Below, one piece after another: positions 37,188 through 45,800 of a stretch of DNA of 47,303 nucleotides. The notes under the pieces are model-generated. The model was not told the DNA's origin. It ran no database searches and saw only the letters and a list, made by a program, of their open reading frames with translations. Positions within the stretch are counted from its first letter, which is position 1. Each line of letters begins with the position of its first letter. The stretch spans positions 1 to 47,303 of IMG/VR virus record IMGVR_UViG_3300005404_000001. One strand, given 5' to 3'. Origin of the DNA: a virus. Its lineage: Duplodnaviria; Caudoviricetes. Position numbers and translations under genes: made by a program.

Positions 37188-37295
37188 AGCCGGAACCTCA
37201 AGGGATTGACTGGGACTTCGGCTTACCGCAAGGCGGGAACCGCAAGGACCCGGGCCGGCTCACCGCAAGTTCGGTGCCAGAAGGGTCCTCCCCCA
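37188..37295 (+). ncRNA. candidate structured RNA or ssDNA element
   Basis: GC island with three ACCGCAAG, CC-GCAA-GG loops, a CTTCGG motif and stems AGCCGG/CCGGCT, CGGG/CCCG, CACCG/CGGTG. Confidence 0.35.
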
Positions 37296-37298
37296 CAC

Positions 37299-37340
37299 AA
37301 AAAGAAAAGGCGAACCCTGAACTTCCTAGAGGATCCGCCC
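37299..37340 (-). terminator. intrinsic terminator downstream of HTH gene B
   Basis: - strand GGCGGAUCC/GGGUUCGCC stem (two G-U pairs) followed by UUUUCUUUUU. Confidence 0.7.
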
Positions 37341-37368
37341 GTTAATTAAATTGACTGATTGTCTTTCT

Positions 37369-37406
37369 GGTGAGTGTGTATCTCGACACATTGACACACA
37401 CTCACC
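37369..37406. repeat. 11-bp inverted repeat
   Basis: GGTGAGTGTGT-N16-ACACACTCACC. Confidence 0.8.
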
Positions 37407-37461
37407 TATAGTTTATAGACATAGTGGAGCTTTCACACGGTCTCTCAACTCGATAGCTTAA

Positions 37462-37635
37462 TTATCGAGTGAAGTGCTTACGGGCACGATTAGCAGTCTT
37501 GCTATCGATAGCCCAGGCAGTTGATTTTGCCTCAAGCTCACGACTAGCGTTCTTGCGTAACCATGCTCGTAAAGTCTTAGGAGAAACATGTAGTTCCTCA
37601 GCTAAGATTTTAGGAGTTAATGAATTACTCATCAT
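37462..37635 (-). CDS. HTH DNA-binding protein B (57 aa, paralogue of A), absent from the track
   Basis: MMSNSLTPKILAEELHVSPKTLRAWLRKNASRELEAKSTAWAID...KHFTR; same AGCGAGGTGA RBS as gene A. Confidence 0.85.
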   Translation of the reverse strand: MMSNSLTPKILAEELHVSPKTLRAWLRKNASRELEAKSTAWAIDSKTANRARKHFTR

Positions 37636-37911
37636 ATCACCTCGCTCTCTGCTGAAATTACAGCGTAGTTAATGAGTTTAGAGATTTTAAACTTTAGCTC
37701 TCTCTCAAAACTCTCTTACTTAATATTATCATTTCGATAGATATAGTAAATTGAAAAATAGGGAATTTTCTTAATTGATAATTACACTCTTAAAAATAAT
37801 TTTATTTTTTATGATAAATTTAGTGCTTGAACTCTATTTTTGACTAAGCATTTAAATTTCTTTTATGTAGCGGCAACTGTACCAGCCTCGGGGAATATCC
37901 TGGATTTTGAG

Positions 37912-37958
37912 TTGTAAAAAAAGTGAGTGCCTACTATGCTATTGCTAGTATAGTAGGC
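37912..37958 (+). promoter_or_regulatory. promoter of the packaging/virion arm overlapped by a hairpin
   Basis: TTGTAA-N17-TATGCT; 13-bp inverted repeat 37929-37958 covers the -10. Confidence 0.45.
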
Positions 37959-38027
37959 TTGTAGATGATAATGACTGCGAGGTGATTATTCTGAAACTAC
38001 AATCTCACTACAATAAATATAACATAT

Positions 38028-40220
38028 ATGGCTAAGAAAGTAAAGAATAAATACCCACAACATGAGAGTGGTAAGCATATAGATAATGAACCTGAGGTAA
38101 AAGAGTTCTTTTATCAGAAGGTCCGACAAGGTATGAACCCATACCAAGCTGGTGAATTAATGGGTATAGGCCGTTCATTAACCAAAAGATTAATGGACAA
38201 CATGAAAGCCACGACACCGAATAAAAATGCCACTACTGATGAAGTGGCTGAGATGATGAGTAGTGGTGAGATTACCACTGATAGCGAATATCCGGATCCC
38301 AAAAAATATGAAAATTTAAATGACGCCGCACAAAGAGCCTACAATGATTTCGCCTATTTTAGACAAAGGTATTTCAATAGACGCCACATTTCCTGGCAAG
38401 TAGAGATGTGTGATATTTTGATGAAGTGGATAAAAGAAGGTCAGGACTCAAAAGAGGCCGATGTTCCTGAAGTAATTAAAGGTATGATTAATACACCACC
38501 AGGTGGAGGTAAGACCACAACAATTACTCACGACTTTGTGATATGGCTGATATGTAGAAATCGTAATGTTCGTATCGGACTTGGTTCAAGAACTACAGGT
38601 CAGAGTGAAAAGTATGTAAGGCGAGCAAGAACCACACTAGAGAAAAATGTTTTGTTAAATATGGAGTTTGGTAGATTTAAACCAGCAGAACCAGAACTAT
38701 GGCGTAAGGACGCATTTGTTGTAGATGGTGTAGAAGGTCACCAAGCCAGTTTGCATTATAAATTAGCAATGGCTGGATTTGACCCCGACAGTCCGGAAGT
38801 AATAAAAAGATTAGAGGATCCAACAGATGATATACACGATATATTAAAACAGTTGGAAAGTGTATTCGTAACCGGTGAAAAAGAGCCAACTTGTTCTGCT
38901 TTATCTCAGGACATGGGTTTTCTAGGTGGCCGTTTTGAAGTTAACCTATGGGACGACTTGTGCGATAGGTCTAATTCGAGAACGGCCGAACAAAGAGAAA
39001 GTTTAACAGAATGGTGGCACGCTGAGGCAGAATCCCGTTGTGAGCCAGGTGGAATTGTAGCATTGATTGGTACAAGATTTGGTAAGTATGATTTATACCG
39101 ACATTGTAAAGAATTGGTGTATTCAACAGATGATGACTTAGATGAAATGATTATGCAAAATGTTTCAGCCAATATGACACCAGAACAAATACAAGCGGCC
39201 AAAGATGAGGCATTAAAAATGATGGCTAAAAAATATGGTGATGATTATGAGGTCACAGAAAGAAAAAGCCAACCTATCTATAGATACGCCAGGTTTCCTG
39301 CTCATGATGATGACAAATGTAAAAATCCAAACTCATTAAAAAACGAGGACCATGTTCATTGTGTTCTTGACCCACAGAGATTTACATTTAGACATATCCA
39401 AAAAGTTCAAGCCTCGGACCCTCGTAAGTTTGCTTTGACATACCAACAGTTAGATGATGAAACAGTATCCTCACTTGTGCAAGAAGTGTGGCTTACAGGT
39501 GGTATGGACAAAGATGGTTTATTACTTCCAGGTTGTTTTGATTATAACCGAAAATTAAATGAGATACCAGATTTAACAAAAGAGGATTGTTATTCAATAG
39601 TCACCGTTGACCCCTCCGCAAATAATTGGTGGTCAATTCAGTGGTGGATTTATAACGAAAGAGAGGATAAAGATTATTTGATTGACCTACTTCGTATTCG
39701 ATTATCCGCTGGTAATTTCTTAGAGTGGAATAAACAGACTGCAACTTATAGTGGTATTATGGAAGATTGGCAAAAAAGAAGTTTAGAAATGGGATGGCCA
39801 ATATCATTGTGGGTAGTAGAACAAAACGGCGCACAGAGATACTTGCTCCAATATAGGTTCATAAAAGAATGGATGGCTAGACACAAAACTTTGATTAAGG
39901 GTCATGAAACTTCAAGAAATAAATCGGATCCTGAGTTTGGTGTTGAAACACTTAGTCCCCGATATAAGCAGGGTTTAGTTAATCTTCCTTACTCAGATTT
40001 AGATTTAAAAACAAGAGTTGTGGTAAATGAATTTAAAACAGAATTGATGGAGTATCCAGATGGATTGACCACAGATATGGTTATGGGACATTGGTTCTTG
40101 CATTTCAATAGATATTCGCTACCATCATCTTTAAAAGTTGGTAAGAATATATTAAAAGTTTTAGAACACCCATACGGAGACACTATGCCAGATAATTTAA
40201 GGACAGGTCGTGGCGAGTAA
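38028..40220 (+). CDS. terL: terminase large subunit with N-terminal HTH-like extension
   Basis: INTPPGGGKTT Walker A, LWDD Walker B, IGTRF, YQQ, VTVDPS, VVEQNGAQ, TTDMVMG. Confidence 0.9.
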   Translation: MAKKVKNKYPQHESGKHIDNEPEVKEFFYQKVRQGMNPYQAGELMGIGRSLTKRLMDNMKATTPNKNATTDEVAEMMSSGEITTDSEYPDPKKYENLNDAAQRAYNDFAYFRQRYFNRRHISWQVEMCDILMKWIKEGQDSKEADVPEVIKGMINTPPGGGKTTTITHDFVIWLICRNRNVRIGLGSRTTGQSEKYVRRARTTLEKNVLLNMEFGRFKPAEPELWRKDAFVVDGVEGHQASLHYKLAMAGFDPDSPEVIKRLEDPTDDIHDILKQLESVFVTGEKEPTCSALSQDMGFLGGRFEVNLWDDLCDRSNSRTAEQRESLTEWWHAEAESRCEPGGIVALIGTRFGKYDLYRHCKELVYSTDDDLDEMIMQNVSANMTPEQIQAAKDEALKMMAKKYGDDYEVTERKSQPIYRYARFPAHDDDKCKNPNSLKNEDHVHCVLDPQRFTFRHIQKVQASDPRKFALTYQQLDDETVSSLVQEVWLTGGMDKDGLLLPGCFDYNRKLNEIPDLTKEDCYSIVTVDPSANNWWSIQWWIYNEREDKDYLIDLLRIRLSAGNFLEWNKQTATYSGIMEDWQKRSLEMGWPISLWVVEQNGAQRYLLQYRFIKEWMARHKTLIKGHETSRNKSDPEFGVETLSPRYKQGLVNLPYSDLDLKTRVVVNEFKTELMEYPDGLTTDMVMGHWFLHFNRYSLPSSLKVGKNILKVLEHPYGDTMPDNLRTGRGE

Positions 40221-40506
40221 GCATAAAACTACTACAGTCACCACTTCTGCAACTGCGTTAGTTGGTACTGAGTTTCCAAATTTTATTATTCAGAATAAAT
40301 CTGGTAGTACCATTTTTATAGGTGGCTCAGATGTCACCACTTCTGGAGCAACTGCAGGTTATCAAATAGCCACAAATGAAAACTTTGAAGTTAGTTATGA
40401 GGATTCAAAATCCCTTACTGGCAAGACAACCGATAGATTATATGGTATAGTAAGTAGTAGCACGGCCGCTATAACTGTGCTTGTAAAAGGAAGAGTGTTA
40501 AGTTGA
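40210..40506 (+). CDS. small beta-rich virion protein
   Basis: IQNKSGSTIFIGGSDVTT..G; between terL and portal. Confidence 0.6.
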   Translation: MASKHKTTTVTTSATALVGTEFPNFIIQNKSGSTIFIGGSDVTTSGATAGYQIATNENFEVSYEDSKSLTGKTTDRLYGIVSSSTAAITVLVKGRVLS

Positions 40507-42209
40507 AAAAGACCGTTGATGAAATATTAGAAATGAAACAACATGGTGAAACCTATTGGGGTCAATCACAAAAAAGATTTGATAACCTCATAGATGTTTA
40601 CCACGGCAATTATCAAAAAGTTTATCCAGAGGCATTTAGGCGAGGCGAACAACCTGTCGTAGCAAACTGGATAAAATTAGCTTGGGATAGATATTCTCGT
40701 ATGATTGGTAAAATTCCAACTCATCATGTCACCCCTGCCAACTTATCTCGTAAGCAACAAAGAAATGCGGACGAAGTAGAAAAAGTTTTAGCTCACTATG
40801 ACCAAGTATCAAACATGGCTCAAGTCATGTATTCTTATGCTTGGTTCTTAGTAGGTCTCGGTGCAAGTTGTATCGGAGTTATGCCTGACCCAGTTTCTAA
40901 AGGTCCAAGATATGTAGTCAAAGACCCAAGAACAGTATTACCATTTCCAGGTGCAGGCTCTGGCTCATACACTTCAACTGCTTATTCAACTATGGCTACT
41001 CCAATTGTTCAAGCACAAAGTATGGAGGCAGTCATCATAAACGAAAGTGTAAACCTATCAATGGTACGAGGTATGTTTCCAGACAAATTAGATATGATTA
41101 AAGATATTGCTGGAGACGGGGATCCTCTATCATCACCATTTAAATTAATAACTTATTTTGATAAAGAACATTGGACAGTAGTTTTTGAGGATAGAAAATT
41201 GTATGAAGTAGAACACGACTTAGGATTTGTGCCTATGAGGTATACAACGATGACTGTACCAGACCAATTAGGTGGTCAATCTATGTTTGAGCAGAATATT
41301 GGTTTGGTGTTATCGTTCATGAAAGTTTTAAACCAAAAATTGACATATAACGAAAACCTAGTATGGCCATGGTTAGTCATGAGAGGTCTTGCAAATGTCG
41401 ACCAATCTAATCGTGTAATAGAAATTATGGATAGAGATGGTGCGGCTGAGTTTTTATCTCCACCTGCAGAATTACAGGCAGAAAGAGATATAGAAATGTT
41501 AGACCAATTAATTCGTGTCATGAACCATGATACAGAACCAATGAGAGGTGAAAGCCCTTCATCAGTTGCAACAGGTAGAGGATTACAAGAATTAAATAGA
41601 GATGTGTCCTCAACTGTGCAAGAGTATTGGCAAAAAATGAAACCAGACTTAGAGTATCTAAAATCAAGTGCCTTAATACTTGATGAGAAACTATATGGTG
41701 GATTGACTAAGCCAATGACTGGTAGAACAAAAGGTGAAACTTTTGAAAGCACATACACACCAAATAAAACAATCAATGGCCAACATAGTGTATCTATAGA
41801 TTTCGGTGTAGGCGTAGGTGGAGCAGAAGGCTTTGTTGAACTTATGCAGTTAGCCGCTCAAGGTTTAGTTGATGAACAAACAGTTATGGAAAATATGCCT
41901 TGGATAAAATCAGTATCAGATACCCGTAGAAAAATTATGGTTGATAGATTAGAAACAATTATTTTTGAAATGACTGGTTCAGGACAACCAACTCCTGTGA
42001 CCAATCATCTTATACAATGGCGACAAGCGATAGAAGGTGGCGTAGACCCTTGGGAATGGCTATCTGAAAATCCAATACCATCGCCAGAACCAGAAATACC
42101 TGCTGAGGGTATGATGGCGCCAGGACCAGAGATGGCAGGACCACCACCAGAAGGTGGGCCTATTTCTGCACCATCACCTCAACAGATATTACAACAACTA
42201 GGAGGATAA
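40503..42209 (+). CDS. portal protein
   Basis: 568 aa after terL; VANWI, MRGE..SSVATGRG, Pro/Gly-rich tail. Confidence 0.8.
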   Translation: MKKTVDEILEMKQHGETYWGQSQKRFDNLIDVYHGNYQKVYPEAFRRGEQPVVANWIKLAWDRYSRMIGKIPTHHVTPANLSRKQQRNADEVEKVLAHYDQVSNMAQVMYSYAWFLVGLGASCIGVMPDPVSKGPRYVVKDPRTVLPFPGAGSGSYTSTAYSTMATPIVQAQSMEAVIINESVNLSMVRGMFPDKLDMIKDIAGDGDPLSSPFKLITYFDKEHWTVVFEDRKLYEVEHDLGFVPMRYTTMTVPDQLGGQSMFEQNIGLVLSFMKVLNQKLTYNENLVWPWLVMRGLANVDQSNRVIEIMDRDGAAEFLSPPAELQAERDIEMLDQLIRVMNHDTEPMRGESPSSVATGRGLQELNRDVSSTVQEYWQKMKPDLEYLKSSALILDEKLYGGLTKPMTGRTKGETFESTYTPNKTINGQHSVSIDFGVGVGGAEGFVELMQLAAQGLVDEQTVMENMPWIKSVSDTRRKIMVDRLETIIFEMTGSGQPTPVTNHLIQWRQAIEGGVDPWEWLSENPIPSPEPEIPAEGMMAPGPEMAGPPPEGGPISAPSPQQILQQLGG

Positions 42210-42211
42210 AT

Positions 42212-42388
42212 ATGCCATACGGAAAAGGGAGCTACAGTCCTAAAAATGGTGGAAAAAAGGGATTACCTGGTAATGCAGGTACAATTCGTATTATGCCACA
42301 AAATGAAGGAACTAGCCAAGTTGCAGTGGGTAAAAAATCGGTTAAGAATAATAAACATGGCCGAAATGTTAGTATCGGTAAAAGCTAA
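42212..42388 (+). CDS. 58-aa basic Gly/Lys-rich protein, absent from the track
   Basis: MPYGKGSYSPKNGGKKG...; GGAGG upstream; stop abuts the ATG at 42389. Confidence 0.6.
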   Translation: MPYGKGSYSPKNGGKKGLPGNAGTIRIMPQNEGTSQVAVGKKSVKNNKHGRNVSIGKS

Positions 42389-42883
42389 ATGGCTGTCGAA
42401 AATAGAGGCGGTGCGAGAGTACCGGATGGGGTCGCTAGGCCTACCGGCATATTTGGTACTGGTGCTAACCAACGGACTGATATGTCTGAACTACCTGGTA
42501 CTCCGGGTACTCCTTTACCACCAAGCCTCAACGAACCCGATATACAATCAACAAAAAACGCCTTAAAGAATTTACCTTTAACGAATAATAATATTACACC
42601 AGGTGATACAGATTTATTTGGGCCAAGTTCTACTGCGGATCCAATACAAGCTGGACTAAGCACTGGACCAGGCATGGGGCCAGAGGGTGTAATTACTGGA
42701 CCAGAGAATACAAGTAATTCACAAGCCTTTAGTGAAAGTTTAAAATACTATCCTCTTATGATGAGATTAGGCCAAACAGAAGGTCTAAGTTCTCAAACAA
42801 AAGCATTTTTAAGGCGTATGAGGTCTAATGCTCCATTACAACCTTATGAAATGCCAGAGATACCAACAGAGGGTTTAACATAA
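42389..42883 (+). CDS. Pro/Gly-rich virion assembly protein
   Basis: RGGAR...RTD...PIQAGLSTGPGMGPE; post-portal position. Confidence 0.65.
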   Translation: MAVENRGGARVPDGVARPTGIFGTGANQRTDMSELPGTPGTPLPPSLNEPDIQSTKNALKNLPLTNNNITPGDTDLFGPSSTADPIQAGLSTGPGMGPEGVITGPENTSNSQAFSESLKYYPLMMRLGQTEGLSSQTKAFLRRMRSNAPLQPYEMPEIPTEGLT

Positions 42884-45800
42884 TTGGGTTTTTGGAAAGA
42901 TAAACTTGATGAATTTTTAACAGGTGTTGTTAATTTAGGTTCTGCACCAGTTGGGCTAGTCACCGATATGTGGGGCGCTAGTCGAAAAGAGGATGGCATA
43001 TCTGGTAAAGATATACAAACTGCTTTAGGCACAAGAGGTTATCAAGGTATTGCTGGTTTAAGTGATATAGCTGGTGCTACTGGTATAAAATATTTATATA
43101 ATCAAGTACCTTATTTAGCTGAAACCACAAGAACTATTTTTGATGAGGCTGAACTTTTGTGGAATCACGAATATCAAAAAGAACAAGACCGTAATCCTGA
43201 AATTTTTAACATGGCAAATAGAGCCTTTGGTACAGATATACAACCAGGCGATACTTCTATGTCAAAAGGTTTAGGTACTGCAGGTGGTGTAGTAGGTGAC
43301 GCCATTGGTGATGTAAGAGATGGTCAAGTTCCTTCATTACCTGATTTCTCTGGTAAATACCAACAAGCTGATTACAAATCACCAGGTCAAATGTTTGTGG
43401 ATAATTCACTTAATATGCAAGATTTAGAAATTGAAAAACAAGAGGAATTAAAACAATCTACTGGTTATGTGCTTTCAACAGGTATATTAGATGGTGTAGG
43501 TAGATGGATATTTGACCCCTTAGTTGTGGGAGGTAAAGGTGCTAAGAAAGTAGGTGAAAACCGTGGTGCATTTATGGGTGTTGATAGACTTTATGGTAAA
43601 GCTAAAAAGAAAATAGAGAGAAAAATTGGTAGACAGATAATAGGTTTAGATGAAGTAAAAGATAGTGTAAGAGCCTATGATGGAGAATTAGGACCAGCAT
43701 TAAAACCAGGCGAAAACGCATATATTATTATGGACGCTGATGAGGCTAAACAAGCAGGATTATGGGATAATGCCTCAAATTTAAATTTAAGAAATTCAGA
43801 AGGAGCCGTTGAAAGTGTATCACCAATTATGCCAAGAACAAAGGCATTATTAGAAACTGCAAAAAGAGATTTACCTAATGACAGTCCAATCTTTAATTGG
43901 GACGAGGGTGGTGACATTTACCATTATCAAAACATAAGTAAAGATATAGATGTGGGAACCAGTAAAGCTAGAGAACTATTTGATTTCTTTTTAGAACAAG
44001 AAGGCCAAGGTTATAAAGGTGTAAGTAAATTAAGATGGGTATTGGATCCCGACAATAGTAAATTACCTAATGCCACTGACCTTAAAAATATGTATAAAAT
44101 TATTGATGAGAGGTGGAGAATATATGAACAAACTCAATCCGCTGGTAGTTGGTCAGGTGCAAGAGAATTAACAGGCGAAACTAGAAAATTAGCTGAGGAG
44201 TTAGGAGTAGGCACAAGAGGAATAAGAGGAATAAGAGGTCAAGACCAATACATGGGTAATTTTTATGACTTAAGTCCAATAAGAGCAAAAGAAATTGTGA
44301 CCGAGATATTTTTAAGAAAAATTGATGAGGCTTATCCAAGTGCAACAAGTTTTACTTCAAGGCTTGCCTCACAAACAGGTAAGAAAATTACACAAGGTGA
44401 ACAAGGTAAAGTTATTTTCTTTAACAAAGATGAGGCTTTAGGTGCCGCTAAAGCGGACGCAGAATGGCGACAAGCAAATACTACAGTTGAGGCTAGTTTA
44501 GGTAAATTTAGTATGGACAATAAAACTGTGGTAGTAGAGTTAGACCCGCAGGGTCTACCTGTTATTATACCCCGCTGGGACGCCGATGGACGATGGGCAA
44601 TCACAGATGTTTCCAGATTAGATAAATCCTCTATTGTTAAAAAAGATGTGTATGGTTTAAATGATATACCAGAAGGTGCAACTGCACCAATGGCATTTTG
44701 GACAAGTAATGGTAATAAAGCTAGTAGATTATTCGAGGATTTAGAAGGTGCTAGAGAGGCCAATAGAAAAATATTAAATGCTTATGAGGCTGATGATGGA
44801 CCAAATGTAGAGTTATCAGAGAATATGATGGCTAATATTGTAATGCAAGATGAGTATGGTAAAACTGGTTTATTAGACCAGCTTATAAATCATCCTAGAG
44901 TTAAGACTGCCGTAGAAATAATGGAAGGAACTAAAACTGGGGGATTTACAAGAAGGTCTAAAAAGCCTATGGAGGCTGATGAGATATATAAATACTTCTT
45001 TCAAGATGTGACCGGTGGAGACAAGATAGCCAGTATGTTATCAAAGGCTCAAGGTACTGAGGCTAAGATGGAAGTATTAATGGCAGTCATGGGAATAAGG
45101 ATGCCGAGGTCTGCAAAAGGTATACCTGGTGAAGTAATGTTTGAATTAAATGATATAAAATTCCAACAAGACTTACTTAAATCAAATATTATAAATGCCA
45201 GAAAAGCCAAAAATGCACTAGGTGAAACTACACCGGACGCACATGTTCAACAATTTTATAAAGGTTATAAGAAACTTAAATCAAAAGATGAGATTGAGGA
45301 AATTGATCCCGCAACCTTAAAAGAAGTTGAGGAAATAGACGCTTATTTAGAAAGTAAGTTTCCTAATAGAAATATGACTAGACCAATAGAGGAGTATTGG
45401 GCATTGAACTCAGATGAGGCACAAAAGGCTTTACTTGATTTAGATATACAAGAAAAACTATTAACCAAGAAAAGAAAATTAATGGACGCAGACTTACAAA
45501 AAGCCGTTGATGTTGCTACTGCTGAGGAGTTATCTGGTATGCTACAACATGTGCCTTACACAAGTGCAGGTCGTAGATTAAAATATGCAATCCGTAATAG
45601 TAATGTTTATGAAAATGCACCAATTGGAACTGGTTGGATAGTAAAACCAATTAAAACTGCCGTAGAGTTTGCACCAAGAGCCTGGTTAAATTTATCAGAG
45701 AGTAAAGGTCATCTACAAATAGAAAGATGGATACAAGAGGCAAGAGCAAGATTTGGTTATGATGTAATAACACCAGCAGAGATGTCTAAATGGACTAATA

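Noticed and set aside
37128-37672. + strand track ORFs 37128..37349 and 37469..37672; tRNA or hammerhead in the GC island
   Set aside because: The first crosses structured non-coding DNA and the second is antisense to HTH gene B; no cloverleaf or CUGAnGA/GAAA core is visible.
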